From the IMG/VR virus record IMGVR_UViG_3300045988_119195, positions 1 through 59,879 of that record: a DNA stretch of 59,879 nt. One strand, written 5' to 3'. The position numbers and the translations under genes are program-made. The notes under the pieces were generated by a model, which had not been told where the DNA came from, did not search any database, and saw only the letters and a list, made by a program, of their open reading frames with translations. Below are positions 41,716 to 53,400 of this stretch, piece after piece (positions within the stretch are counted from its first letter, which is position 1; every line of letters starts with the position of its first letter). The DNA comes from a virus.

Positions 41716-44700
41716 TTATTTGGTTGTCATTGAGTGTGTGAAAGTTTGCCAAGACTCGACGTTATCACGCTTAGAAGCAAGTTCAATCGTGATATGCTGC
41801 GGCCACTTGGCGAGCAACATCGAATTGCAAACCGCTTTAAATTCAGACTCGTTCAATGCTTTGTTGAAAACGAATAATTCATCCAACACTATAGAGTTGT
41901 CGAATTTAGCACCGTATGCACCATCCGAGTCTGGGATTGACCCTTTACCAACATAAACCCCATCGTTCACTTCCGTGAATAAGGTATCATTAGCAGCGGC
42001 GTTGAACTTAGACGGTATTGTAGTCCCGTTAACAAACATCGCAAGGCCGTCATACAGCCTATTCGAACCAATTCGAATAAACGCAGCCTTCGCTGGAGCA
42101 GTTATCGTCGTCCCTTGTGCAATTGTACCATTACTTCTATAAACACCGCTATATACACTCGCTGGAGTGTTTATAGGACGTTTAGCCGCATCATAGAAGC
42201 AATAGAAAGTTTCAGGGTTCTCACCACCATCATACGAATTTTCATTCGTCCACGCTCGATATGAATACTTAGCACCAGCAGTTACTGGGATGTAATCACT
42301 AATGGCTGCTTCCTTCAAGGAATCGGCTAAATCCGCCGAACCTTCCTCAAACGCATTAGCTACTGCCGTCTTCCGAATCCATAAGTTGACAGGTTCTGAA
42401 GCAGTGTAGGTAAACAATTTGAATAACGGGCTTATTACTCCTAAAGAAATTTCGCCGTCGTTGACCCACAAAGAAACTTTTCCAGACGAATAGTCGACGT
42501 TTACGACAACATCCGACCATCTATCAATATCCTCAATCGGCGATTTGACAATGGCTCGCAATTTCCCGAACGAATAGAATCCGAAGTAAACGTTACTTGT
42601 ATCCGTCCACAAAGCGCATCGGCCTTTGCCTGTTTTATCTTGGGGAATGTAAACCCTGTGCGCCTCGGAATCATGCCTAAATCGAGCACCCACTGCAAAA
42701 GAGTTGTTATTCAACGCTGCGTCCATTGATAACTTAACAAACCCGTCTCCAGAAAACTCGATTGCCTTGTCACCTGTGACAGCCCCATCGGTATAACTAG
42801 TGCCTTTTGATACAAATTGGGTATTATTCGTTCCAGCGACAGGTGCTCGCGTATTCTTGAAATTGTAGTGATACACAAGACCTGTAATTGAAGTCGGCAG
42901 CACAACGGATTTCCTATTCTTTGGCGGTTTAACCGCAAGTGAGAAATCAGTAATACCATCCTGCTCAAAAACGGCATTCTCTGTGTTGGTTTCTACAATC
43001 TTCAGGGAATATGTTGTGTTTTCTTCTGGTGCAGCATGACCTGCTTTCCAAGAGTATTTCAAAGATGCGAACTTCCTGTTACGACCATCCCACGTTAAAT
43101 TAAGTGTATCCGTAGATAGCATTTCTGACGGGTAATCCATGCTATTAATCATTACGTTGGCTGGAGGTAAAGGTTTGTACGCACGGCCTTCCAGCGTTGC
43201 TTCAAATACAGTGCTGTTCTCGAAAGAAAGAGTTCCTCGCGTGGTGTTTGTCAGCAATCGATAATGCAGCCTATCACCTTGAGCGTGGAAGGTTTCATCC
43301 GCACCGTCACGGGCATCTGTTATCCAACCAAACTCGCCAATCCCGTGAGTATCTGGGAGAGTATCAAGAATCGCACGTTCTACGCGGATTTCTCCTAATT
43401 CCTCGTTGATAGACATGATTCGCATTGCTTCATTTTTAATGACAATGTACATCGTGTCTTCTATTTTTGACGGAGGATTCTCAATCCACGCAACGGTCAA
43501 AACCTCATCAAGATAACCCACTGGGTCTGCTAATTGGAAATTTGACGTGAATGATTCCTGAGTCAGAACTTTCTTGTACTCGGCTTCAACGTCATTATAA
43601 GCAACCAAGGCATCGTAAGACTGCGCGGCAGCGTTAGGTGAATCAGCCAGTAGGCGAACAAAACTGTTACCATCATTCATGTTAGCCTGCTTAACAGCCG
43701 CTTCACCTGCAAAAGCAACCACGTCATAGTACGGTGCTTCCCAGATGCGCACATTGCTTACAGGTAAAATATTGCGAGGTCTCGTATCAGTCCACAGCAC
43801 TTCTTGTTGAGACGCGTATGTTTGCTTAGGCATACCAAACACGTCCTCCACAGCCTCAATGGTAATTGTGCCGTCGTCAAATTCCCCACGGGTAATATTC
43901 ATAACACGACATGGCATTGATACTATACCCAGAGCATCCCACTGGAAGCGGAATACGTCGCCGTGTTGCAGAAGGAAACCCAAACGGTTTGTTTTCAGAC
44001 TAATCTTGGCAAGAGGCGTGCTTAAGGCATGCAATTCGCGCTGGGCAATTTTCGTAGCGAGTTCTGGTTCATGCACGCCCTCATAGGTCTGATTACTGGA
44101 TATGACGTTGCCTTGAATTTCAATAGCGGATAGATTTTGAACAGTAACAACCGCATTGGATTCATTCCTGTCTCGATAGGTTAGTACGACTTCGTTGGGA
44201 CTATCGCCCCATGACGCTCGTTCGAAGCTATCAACTGAAATGATACAGTCTTCATTCAAAGTCGGTAGCTTTGCCACATCATAATTGTCACGAATAAGGA
44301 TTAGTTCGAACTTACCAGTGATTACGTTTATGCGAAGAGTTGCATCAATGGTATCTAAGATTTTACCAATGAAGTCTTCAATGGCTTCTTCATTGCGCCA
44401 TGCGAGCGACAGGCCGAAACTCTCATTGAACAATGTATCTGCTGCTGCTTTGAAGCTAACTTCATCGATGTCGCTTGGTGTGTAGCCCATGCCCCATGAA
44501 GCGTTTGTTAGAATTTTAAAAATGATATGCGCTGGATTCATGTCATTGCATGGTATGCGCGAGCCGTCGTCGGCGAAATGGTCTGAGCCTTGAATGATTG
44601 CTTTTTCTGGATACCATGCACCACCGCCGCTCCAGCCGTCCAGAATGGATTGAACCCGAACCCAGATAGATTTAAAATAAGGAGACATGGCTGCCCAGTA

Positions 44701-45435
44701 GAAAGGCTGCGTTCCTTTTCGGTCAATCACTTCGTCTCGGATTTCATTGGCGAAAAATTCCGAAGCACTCATACGAGTTTTCGGGTTTTGTATTAGATTA
44801 CCAACAACAAAGGCGCGGTATGCGTACATCAACGCAGCCGCGCGGTATGTTCCGTATATCTTCTTCTGTTCTTCAATGGGGTCTACAAACTCACCCTTGC
44901 GTCCATTGCGGTTGATGTCTTCGTTAGAGCCTTCTCGATATGGTCGCACGCCATCATAGAAATTGGATACAAACGAATATGCCTGCTCCTTGGTTATTTC
45001 CCGATTTGTTGTCAGTAGACCCCTTGGGTTATAACCAAGCGCACTTTCGGCATATTCAGACATGATACTCATATTGAAGTTGATTGCTCGCAACTGGGAT
45101 TTCTGGGAACGTCCTGCTGAACCAAATACCATTGTTAACAGACCTCTTTGAGCAGAGGTCGCACCGCGCATTGTTTCAACATACGGGTCAATAGGCTGGT
45201 CTTTTTTACCTGAGTAAACGGTGATTCGGCCAGCAACGCCGCCCTCACGCTTTTCACCTCCGAAAAGGTCTCGTTTGTCGATGTCGATATGCCCGTCTTG
45301 AATCTCACCGCTCCACGCAGTTCGTTCCCCAAAGACAAGTTGTGTGATTTTATCAACAGGAGCATGTGCTATGGCGATTTGAACCCCTAGGCGATACCAA
45401 TAGCCGATAACCACGCTCTTTTTCTTAGCACCCAT
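41716..45435 (-). CDS. Host-specificity / central tail tip protein (lambda J / GTA g15-like) with C-terminal LamG-like lectin domains
   Basis: 1239 aa from ATG 45435 (SD AAGGAAA). The NPAHII..IL.....G...SDID..SF segment is typical of the phage-tail_3 family. C-terminal ConA/LamG-like segments. Confidence 0.8.
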   Translation of the reverse strand: MGAKKKSVVIGYWYRLGVQIAIAHAPVDKITQLVFGERTAWSGEIQDGHIDIDKRDLFGGEKREGGVAGRITVYSGKKDQPIDPYVETMRGATSAQRGLLTMVFGSAGRSQKSQLRAINFNMSIMSEYAESALGYNPRGLLTTNREITKEQAYSFVSNFYDGVRPYREGSNEDINRNGRKGEFVDPIEEQKKIYGTYRAAALMYAYRAFVVGNLIQNPKTRMSASEFFANEIRDEVIDRKGTQPFYWAAMSPYFKSIWVRVQSILDGWSGGGAWYPEKAIIQGSDHFADDGSRIPCNDMNPAHIIFKILTNASWGMGYTPSDIDEVSFKAAADTLFNESFGLSLAWRNEEAIEDFIGKILDTIDATLRINVITGKFELILIRDNYDVAKLPTLNEDCIISVDSFERASWGDSPNEVVLTYRDRNESNAVVTVQNLSAIEIQGNVISSNQTYEGVHEPELATKIAQRELHALSTPLAKISLKTNRLGFLLQHGDVFRFQWDALGIVSMPCRVMNITRGEFDDGTITIEAVEDVFGMPKQTYASQQEVLWTDTRPRNILPVSNVRIWEAPYYDVVAFAGEAAVKQANMNDGNSFVRLLADSPNAAAQSYDALVAYNDVEAEYKKVLTQESFTSNFQLADPVGYLDEVLTVAWIENPPSKIEDTMYIVIKNEAMRIMSINEELGEIRVERAILDTLPDTHGIGEFGWITDARDGADETFHAQGDRLHYRLLTNTTRGTLSFENSTVFEATLEGRAYKPLPPANVMINSMDYPSEMLSTDTLNLTWDGRNRKFASLKYSWKAGHAAPEENTTYSLKIVETNTENAVFEQDGITDFSLAVKPPKNRKSVVLPTSITGLVYHYNFKNTRAPVAGTNNTQFVSKGTSYTDGAVTGDKAIEFSGDGFVKLSMDAALNNNSFAVGARFRHDSEAHRVYIPQDKTGKGRCALWTDTSNVYFGFYSFGKLRAIVKSPIEDIDRWSDVVVNVDYSSGKVSLWVNDGEISLGVISPLFKLFTYTASEPVNLWIRKTAVANAFEEGSADLADSLKEAAISDYIPVTAGAKYSYRAWTNENSYDGGENPETFYCFYDAAKRPINTPASVYSGVYRSNGTIAQGTTITAPAKAAFIRIGSNRLYDGLAMFVNGTTIPSKFNAAANDTLFTEVNDGVYVGKGSIPDSDGAYGAKFDNSIVLDELFVFNKALNESEFKAVCNSMLLAKWPQHITIELASKRDNVESWQTFTHSMTTK

Positions 45436-45634
45436 GTTTATTTTCCTTTTCTCGTTTAATGGCAATTTGCAGAACAGTTTTTGCATCAATATCGCTAAAC
45501 TGTTCTGCTGCATCAAAACTTATTCCGTTTTGTAAAAAATCAAACCAGTTCAGATTATGTATCCTGAACCATTCTCGTGCGCCGTGATTACACATACCAG
45601 CAGCACGAATATCCTGTATGTAAACCCTTGGCAT
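45425..45634 (-). CDS. Hypothetical tail-module protein
   Basis: 69 aa ORF between hub and tip genes. Confidence 0.5.
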   Translation of the reverse strand: MPRVYIQDIRAAGMCNHGAREWFRIHNLNWFDFLQNGISFDAAEQFSDIDAKTVLQIAIKREKENKHGC

Positions 45635-45642
45635 AGACAGTC

Positions 45643-45870
45643 CTATGATTTAATTTCGTCGGTTTTAGCGTCAAAGTAATCGATTACATTCGAATCTTTG
45701 ATTAGTATAGTACCAAATATAACAGGAATTGTCTTACCTGCTTCTGCGGTTGGAACATCGAAGTTACCAACTTGTGCATCTTGGGGCTTGGCTCGACGGG
45801 CTGTGTAGTATGAAATAGCATAGCTCACAACCATCATAACCAAGGCATAGACTAGTTGACCCCAAATCAT
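45643..45870 (-). CDS. Small tail-module protein with N-terminal TM segment
   Basis: Strong SD AAGGAGG. 75 aa. Confidence 0.6.
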   Translation of the reverse strand: MIWGQLVYALVMMVVSYAISYYTARRAKPQDAQVGNFDVPTAEAGKTIPVIFGTILIKDSNVIDYFDAKTDEIKS

Positions 45871-45879
45871 AAAGCCTCC

Positions 45880-46719
45880 TTAATAAATACTTGAACCGCC
45901 GAATGGATTCTGGATGGGAATAAATGGCTGGCCGCCGTAATTCTCAATATTATCAAACTTAGCCCGACATGTTGTATGCGTTTTGTCGCAACCTGCGAAC
46001 ATTGTAACCTCTGTATTATTGACTTCCATACCCAACGGAATTGCGTTCAACGTTATTGTGTTTGCGCCACTGCTGACAATCTGCCGATATTCAACAGCAC
46101 CAGTCTGGGCGTTCTTATAGCGAATATAACCGCCATTAAACCATCCTACTGGCTTACCATGAGCAATGGATACAACAACACCCAAAATACCAACTGGGGT
46201 CTCTTGGATGGAGAATGCGCCTCTTGCAACAGAGCAGGCCGAGCCGTAGAGTGTGTGCGTGCATTGTCTACTGAATTTACGAGTGACTCCGACGCGCAGC
46301 AAGGATGAAAATACACTTTCTGCGGTAATTACCAATTCAGCACCTGTCCAGTTCACGTTTGTCACGCGACCCTTCCAAACGGTGATTGTTTGCTTATCAG
46401 GGAGTTGATAACCGAGAAAGGCATGGTATTGTTGAATGGTCAGTGTGATTGGTTCGCTCGGAGGTGTTACCTTAAACAACGAACCAAAATCACTACCACG
46501 CCCAAGGCGAACCTCAATATCGGATTTCGACGCGTCTGATGTTTCCTCCGTCTCCCCACGTCGAATGGCTGCCGCACGGAAGGTTTTACCGTCGTATACA
46601 ACATCTTCGACACTGGTAGTGTAATACCAAGACTTACCAGAGTAATTGATGGTATATAACTCGACGGGGCTGCCATCCTCGTAAGAGTTCTCATAATCCA
46701 AGTATGTATCATTGCTCAT
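45880..46719 (-). CDS. Tail hub protein with DUF2163 / BR0599-like domains (RcGTA g13-like)
   Basis: C-terminal ..F.GG.I......G........S.....L.......V..FAGCDKTHTTCRAKFDNIENYGGQPFIP matches the BR0599 signature GCDK...C..KF.N..NF.GFP. Confidence 0.7.
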   Translation of the reverse strand: MSNDTYLDYENSYEDGSPVELYTINYSGKSWYYTTSVEDVVYDGKTFRAAAIRRGETEETSDASKSDIEVRLGRGSDFGSLFKVTPPSEPITLTIQQYHAFLGYQLPDKQTITVWKGRVTNVNWTGAELVITAESVFSSLLRVGVTRKFSRQCTHTLYGSACSVARGAFSIQETPVGILGVVVSIAHGKPVGWFNGGYIRYKNAQTGAVEYRQIVSSGANTITLNAIPLGMEVNNTEVTMFAGCDKTHTTCRAKFDNIENYGGQPFIPIQNPFGGSSIY

Positions 46720-48429
46720 TTAAATTTCCCTTATCTGTTGTAGGTTTACTGCTATTTGCGCCACGTTTCTGCTCAAATATTCAATAGCAATATCATCGCC
46801 AGCAAATCGCATTCGTTGCATGAAATTCACTTCGATGATATTCCCAATAGGGATGTTCGCATCAAATGCTTCTGTGAAGGTGATTGTGCTATTTTCGCCA
46901 TTGAGCTTAACGTTATCAATTGTTCGATAGTACGTTTTTGACTTCGTGACTATTCGCATATACTTGCGGTCTTTCGAAGCGTTCACAATATTGGCAAGAC
47001 TTTCACCACGGATTGTCATGAGATGTGAATTTTCAACAATATCAAAAGCAACAATCGCATCATTGGTGTAGCTCGGAACAAAGAAAGACTTCAAAGCTCC
47101 TCGCTGTCGATGAATAAACGCTCGCCACCATGTAATCTCACTTGGTGTTTTTGCTACGAACGTAAGCTCGCGTTGTGCAAGAGAAGGAACACCTCGATTA
47201 TAAACCTGTTCAAGACCGTAACCATAATCAACAGTATCGATTACAGCGGCGTAACGCTCAGTTGGTGTATTTACCCAGTTTGGCTTCTTATCCAGCACCT
47301 CAACTCCGTTAATTTTTATAGCGGATGGTGCTTGTTCTGGCATAGGAATGCCTCGAAAATCACCTGTCATCTCAACATCAATAGCACCAACACGAGAAGT
47401 CAGGGCATTGAGTAATGCTTCCTGACTCAATCTCATTCGTGCCGCTGGAAATACTCTATCCCCAACTTGAAAGTTTTTTGAGATGAGCGATTCCGTTGTG
47501 ATTACGTTGCCGTCTACGCTGTCAATCATCAGTGTATCAGTGTATGAGCCGTCTCGCCACAAAACGACAAGACCACCTTTAACAAACTCAAGAAGACTGT
47601 CTTGTACAGTTATTTTGTTACTACCTGACGCAATCGGCTTACTCAGCGTTGTTGACTGCCACCATAAAGGCATACTGAACTCTTTGTCATGCCAGCCATG
47701 AATGGTATTGCGTAGCTCGGTCAGAATCTCACGCCGTGGATTGGCTGAATAACTAATACGTCGTCTCGGATGAGTCATCAACGACCTGCGCTGTTCCTTT
47801 TTGTTGTAACTGGTGAGAATATCTGTTTTATATTCAAACTGCTCATTAACACTGCTTTTCCAATTAGGCTCAACATTCCACAATACCAACCGAGAACCTG
47901 TTACGGTTAATACAACCCGTTCTGCGTTGGAGAAATCCAAAAGTATTTTACCGTTGATTGTAACCGCACCACTACCAGACAACAGAATGCGCATATCAAC
48001 CGAGCGATAAGGAGGTATTGTGATTGGATACCCTCCCTTTTCTGATAAAACACGAATACCATCAATATTTACAATGGATGTACTGGTTAAGGTTATCGGG
48101 TATTCATGGGCATTGAATATGGAAAACCTTTCCGTTTTATCACCAGTCACAACCCCTGTATTATACAAGGATTTACTGGTGATAACGCGGTGATAGAACA
48201 TCCCAAAGCCCTGCTCATTCAGATATTTACCACCATCCTCGGTATGATATACGTCAATCTCAGCAGGATAATTCATTGCAGTCGATTTGACGTTTTTATC
48301 CCTACCAACAAACACTTCTTTAAAGGAAGTTTCAGGAACGACAAAGACACTATTCTTTTCAGAATAGGTTCTTACCATTCCGTATGGTAATTGATGGGTT
48401 GGTGATTTGTTATTTTGAAAATACGCCAT
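46720..48429 (-). CDS. Tail tip / distal tail protein (position-based)
   Basis: 569 aa ORF between the tape measure region and the hub. Confidence 0.45.
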   Translation of the reverse strand: MAYFQNNKSPTHQLPYGMVRTYSEKNSVFVVPETSFKEVFVGRDKNVKSTAMNYPAEIDVYHTEDGGKYLNEQGFGMFYHRVITSKSLYNTGVVTGDKTERFSIFNAHEYPITLTSTSIVNIDGIRVLSEKGGYPITIPPYRSVDMRILLSGSGAVTINGKILLDFSNAERVVLTVTGSRLVLWNVEPNWKSSVNEQFEYKTDILTSYNKKEQRRSLMTHPRRRISYSANPRREILTELRNTIHGWHDKEFSMPLWWQSTTLSKPIASGSNKITVQDSLLEFVKGGLVVLWRDGSYTDTLMIDSVDGNVITTESLISKNFQVGDRVFPAARMRLSQEALLNALTSRVGAIDVEMTGDFRGIPMPEQAPSAIKINGVEVLDKKPNWVNTPTERYAAVIDTVDYGYGLEQVYNRGVPSLAQRELTFVAKTPSEITWWRAFIHRQRGALKSFFVPSYTNDAIVAFDIVENSHLMTIRGESLANIVNASKDRKYMRIVTKSKTYYRTIDNVKLNGENSTITFTEAFDANIPIGNIIEVNFMQRMRFAGDDIAIEYLSRNVAQIAVNLQQIREI

Positions 48430-48439
48430 GTCACATACC

Positions 48440-49444
48440 CTATTTTATTTTATACGCAATACCAACGTTTCCTGACATAGTGTAGTCGCCCGTACCTTTT
48501 CTTGAAATTAACGGGAAGCACAGCCATTTATCATCAACAACGGAGGCGTTTTCAATCCCGTCAATAGCAAGTATACAAATTTCATTTGTATAAAAAAGAG
48601 GAATAGCTGGTTGATGTATGTCAGACGTAGGAAACGTCGCGTACCAATTTAACGGATACATTGGAGCGCGTCCATTAAACCGATTTGTTCCGTTTTTTAC
48701 AAACGGATAAGCAGATGTTGACACCCGTTTGTATGTTCGAGTCGGAGTGTTAGAATTACTGGCCTCTGCATTGTATTCGTAGTATGCGCTTACAACAACA
48801 TACTCGTTGTTTAGAATAATATGCGAGCCAGAATACTGAATATCACCACCTCTAGTATTCCCATTACCAAGTCCTACGAGAAATGGATGCGTTACGCTTG
48901 ATGGGAAAGACATATTTCCGTTACTGCTCATAACAATATTATTGTTTAGTTCAAATTGAGTACCTCCAGCAGTCTCCCCTCCTGAAATATCCCCGTAGGT
49001 TTCGTATTTACCAACGGCATGATGAACATACACACCACCTTTGGTCTCAAAAACGAATATCACAAACGAACCTGTATTCACCATATACAGGTTCAATATA
49101 GGTAATGTAAAGACGCTGTTAGCACAATTTCTACAACGAACCATTCTATCAAACGAGATATTATCGCTGCCATCTTGCACAGTAAGCGATGTTATTACTG
49201 GTTTGTTAACAAACACTTTTGTCCAGATGTTTACTTGGCTATCAGAATGATAGTAAGCAATTCTCCCTATGGCAAACGTAAAATATTTACCGCCTTTGTG
49301 TTTCATGGTAAACACTGTTCTCTGAGCATCCTTTGCCTCTTCTAAAAGAACAAACAGACCGCTCTTAATCATGAAATCTTTCATCTCATTGATTAATAAT
49401 TCATTGGTTGTAATCCGCTTTGTTACCTTTTCAAAATAAGCCAT
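48440..49444 (-). CDS. Hypothetical tail-module protein (paralog of 49451..50413)
   Basis: 334 aa. Shared C-terminal pattern with its neighbour (..DG.....D..W/Y.CFP). Confidence 0.55.
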   Translation of the reverse strand: MAYFEKVTKRITTNELLINEMKDFMIKSGLFVLLEEAKDAQRTVFTMKHKGGKYFTFAIGRIAYYHSDSQVNIWTKVFVNKPVITSLTVQDGSDNISFDRMVRCRNCANSVFTLPILNLYMVNTGSFVIFVFETKGGVYVHHAVGKYETYGDISGGETAGGTQFELNNNIVMSSNGNMSFPSSVTHPFLVGLGNGNTRGGDIQYSGSHIILNNEYVVVSAYYEYNAEASNSNTPTRTYKRVSTSAYPFVKNGTNRFNGRAPMYPLNWYATFPTSDIHQPAIPLFYTNEICILAIDGIENASVVDDKWLCFPLISRKGTGDYTMSGNVGIAYKIK

Positions 49445-49450
49445 ATTTCA

Positions 49451-50413
49451 CTATTCCATTTTTATTGCACACCAGTCGTTGTAACTATTTCCCACGGATG
49501 ATGGGAAACATATATAACGCGCCCCATCAACAGTAAGTATGTTTTCTGGTGAATTTTCAAAACCACTAACGTAAAACGCCCCGTCTAACCAACCAAGCAT
49601 GTTATACACATTTTGAATTTGATGTAATCCAATTGGAGACAAAACATAATTATTGTCGTATGTTTTACCTTGATATAACTCACTTACATACGGAGTTAAG
49701 ACGAATTGTTCTACGCCATTACCTAAACCAGTATTTCGACTAGGACTTCCTCCATACAGAATTCGTCCTTCTGGACTAACCATAATAGAAGTTGACTCTT
49801 CGCTGGAATGATAATCCGCTTTAACTGGAATCCAGAACGAACCGTTTTTCGTAATATCTGTAACAGCGTATGTACTGTATGTATCATTCGTGCTACCTGC
49901 CACCATGTGTGGGTATGGATACTCTCTATCTGTCGCACACGGCAAGACGAAACCGCAGTACATTGACATATATGTACTGCCGATTTTAGCAACAATTATA
50001 AAACGTCGACCGTTCGCAAAGAACCAATATGGTATTGGTTTTTCCCATAAAGCAATTGCTGTTCGAATTTTAAGGTTTTGTCTAAATTGATTCGTTATTG
50101 AGACAGATGGTGTCCATGTGCGTGCCAAGTAAGCAATCAAGGTATAACACGGACGCGTTTTCGAAATTGACATCCCCATCGGTACGTAGATGCGGTCTTG
50201 TCCATCCATGCCGCGCCCAACAAAACATCGTTGTAGTACGAAGCTATCAAGCGCATTCAAGTCATAATTGTTGTTATAAGGCTCAATTATATTATCCTTA
50301 AGTGATTCCCATTGTTGCCCAGCGGCCACGAGTGTGGGATTTGTTGTTAAAAACTTTTCGAGCTTTAACAACAAATCCGCTGCGTGGGAGGCTGTTCCTA
50401 TTTCAAAAGCCAT
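49451..50413 (-). CDS. Hypothetical tail-module protein
   Basis: ATG 50413 with SD GAGGAAA. The track ORF extends to 50485, into the tape measure gene. Confidence 0.55.
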   Translation of the reverse strand: MAFEIGTASHAADLLLKLEKFLTTNPTLVAAGQQWESLKDNIIEPYNNNYDLNALDSFVLQRCFVGRGMDGQDRIYVPMGMSISKTRPCYTLIAYLARTWTPSVSITNQFRQNLKIRTAIALWEKPIPYWFFANGRRFIIVAKIGSTYMSMYCGFVLPCATDREYPYPHMVAGSTNDTYSTYAVTDITKNGSFWIPVKADYHSSEESTSIMVSPEGRILYGGSPSRNTGLGNGVEQFVLTPYVSELYQGKTYDNNYVLSPIGLHQIQNVYNMLGWLDGAFYVSGFENSPENILTVDGARYICFPSSVGNSYNDWCAIKME

Positions 50414-50420
50414 AATTTCC

Positions 50421-53400
50421 TCATAATCTACCGAAAGCCTTTCGCTCACGCCCAGCAGCCTGAATGAGAATTTTTCTACCCCCACTCGACTGAAGAGCCT
50501 GCTTCAATGCCTCTTTCGGGTCAAAACTATTAATTACCGTTAGCGGTGACCCAGATGAGTTATTCTGACTCATATTGTTCCTGTGACGAGGGTCATCTTT
50601 AGTAATAACCTCTTCACCTTTCTGTAAAACAGCAGGAACTTCATCTGGAGCTAACCCGACAATACCACCACTATGATAGCGTACAGCACCTTGGAAAACA
50701 AGCGGATTTAACTTTTTACCACCTCCCTTACCACCACCTACAATACCACCAGTGTGGAACAGATTGGCATATTGCATGAAGCCTGAAATGTCAGGCATCT
50801 GCACTGACGCACCGCCGAAGAATGACGACATGGCTTTTTGAATAGCAAGGCTGATAAGCTGTTGCACAATCAATTTAGCTATTTGACGCAACGCGTCTGC
50901 TGCCCATTGAGCCATTGCCTGACCCAAGTTTGCAAATGCTTCGCGGCTGCTCATAGCCCCAGTTGCGATACCAGCGAGACCTTGCGCCATAGCGTCGAAT
51001 GCCGTCATTGCGCCATTGCTAAGAGTCTCATAAGTAACTTTCATCAACTCGACTTCACCCTTGGTATGAGTGGTTTCAGTGCCAACATCTTTAATCTTAG
51101 TCACAAGGTTTGTGAGATTCGCATAAGATGCCGAATCACCAAACGCAGCCATTATTTGCTGTGCATTTGCAACCAACTCTTTCATCTGCGGAGCAATATT
51201 GTTCAAGTAGGCTTGAACATTCTCTTCCATCTTAGTGATAGATTGCTGACCGCTTATAACGAGTTGCTCCTGCAATTCTTCGAACTGACGCTTGCGTTGC
51301 AAGAAATCATCAAGGCGTTTTGCCATTGAATCAACTGCGAAGTTTGCTGCCTGACGGCGTGGATTTGATGCTTGGTCAGATTGCTCTGCGCCAAGTCGCT
51401 CACGCTGATTCAGAATCGCAGTTTGTTGTTCTGGTGACAGTTTGGAGAACGCTTCGCTATTGATTATTTCGTCGAGCTTTTTAATGGCATCCGTCATGCG
51501 TTCGACATATTTCAGAGTGCTTTCAGACATCTTAGCCTGAGCCTCTTCAATAGTAATCACACCGCGCGATACCGCACTGCCGAGATATTCTGCGCTGTTG
51601 GCGCGTTCTTTCTCAATATCGTTGCGTTTCTTCTCAAGTGAATCGAGGAAGGCATCGACTTGTTCGCCGAGAGCTTTCTGCGCCTGCAATTCAGCGTATT
51701 TAGCCAGTTGCGGTTCAAGCTGTTTAGACCAAGCGAGAGCCTCTTTACGGCTGACGTTCTTACTTTGAGCATATTCCAGAGTAAGAACCTCAAGCATCTG
51801 TTTAACCTGTTTGTCATTATCAGGTTGAATGATGTTCTTGAAGCCGTCGATAATCTCGTTCAGCGTAGAGCCAGACAGGTCAACCGACAGGGTTGATGGG
51901 TCGCGGTTAATCAAACCCTCAACGCCGTTGACACCCATCGCTTTGTACATCTCACGAATCGCGTCACGGGCACTCTCAGTTACCTTCTCAACCAGAGAAT
52001 CGGCTTTGTCAAACGCAGCGTCGTCGTCTTTCTGCTGTTTGGTTACGGCTTTATCCTGTTTCCAACGTTCCTCTTGTGCTTTGTAGAACTCAAGAACTTT
52101 GTTGTCATTACCTGCGTTATGGCTTACTGAGCCAGTTGAACCTGTAATGGTTACAGAATTACCACCAGTAAGACGGACGATAGTCGGCTTGTAGTTCGGG
52201 TTACGAGCCATTTCAGCCAAGTATGCACGAGAAGACGCGCCTGTCTTGGCATCAATACCATACTTACCCTGTTTGGTATCAGATACCCACTCGTTACCGT
52301 TATAGATGGATGTATGGCCGTATTTATGACCTTTGATAGCACCCCAGCTAACCACGTCACCTTTTTGGGGAACATAGTTTGCTGAATAAGGGATTTGTTG
52401 CCAACCTTTGCCATACTTCAACAGGTTTTTGGCTGTCACATTACCGTTACCCTTAATGTACGGAGCAGCTTGTGGGTCAACAGCAGCAAGCGCACGTTTA
52501 ACGTAAGTGGCACATTGTTTTGTAAAGGTAGCAGCAGCACGTTTGGTAGCCAAATCAGCAGCAGCCGCAGCGCGTTTATCTACCGCGTAAGAAGACGTAC
52601 CTGTTGAACCACCAGAAGAGTAATTTTCATACGGGTCATTTGCCGCGTATTTCGATTTGACCTTCTGACGCTCACCCAGATACCAGTCACCAAGGTTGTT
52701 GTAACCCTTCATCGGGTCATCTTTGAGACGGCCTTCGCGGTAATCGATGAGCTTCTGAATCATCTTCTCGTAAGACAATTCTTTCTCAAGTCGTCTCAGC
52801 GCAGCTTCTTCGGCGCGTTGTCGAGCCTGTTCAGCTTTCTCACGGGCTTTGTTGACTTTCTCGTCAAGATTTTTGGCTTCTTCGGCCTTCTTAGCAGCGT
52901 CAGCGGCTGCTCGGTTCGCAGCATCCAACGCAGTCTTTTGAGTGATGTCGTTGTCGGTTTCGTTAACCTTTTTGCGCATCTCTTCAAGACGCTGGTTAAG
53001 TTTCGCCTCTACGCCGTTCTCATTAACCTCCAGCGATACATCCATGGAGATTTTGTCGGCATCTGGCAAAGCAGCCTCAATACCTTTAAATTTCTTGATA
53101 ACGTAATCGGCAAGACCACCGAGATACAGGAAGGTTGTTTTAAACGCAGCGGTTAACGCGTCAATCATTCGAGCAAGATAGCGAATCGCGCCAGTCCAGC
53201 CGCTCTCAAACTCTTTGGCACTTTTGTTTGATTCTTTGGCCGTATCAACGAAGAACGAACCAATCCATTCCGTTGCGTCGGCAACCAAATCGCCAATGCC
53301 TTTTATCACGACACCGATAGCTTCGGAAATCAAACCGAACGCCTCGGAAATCAACCACAACACGTCTGACAGCATTTGCATGCCAGACACAGCGTCTTCA

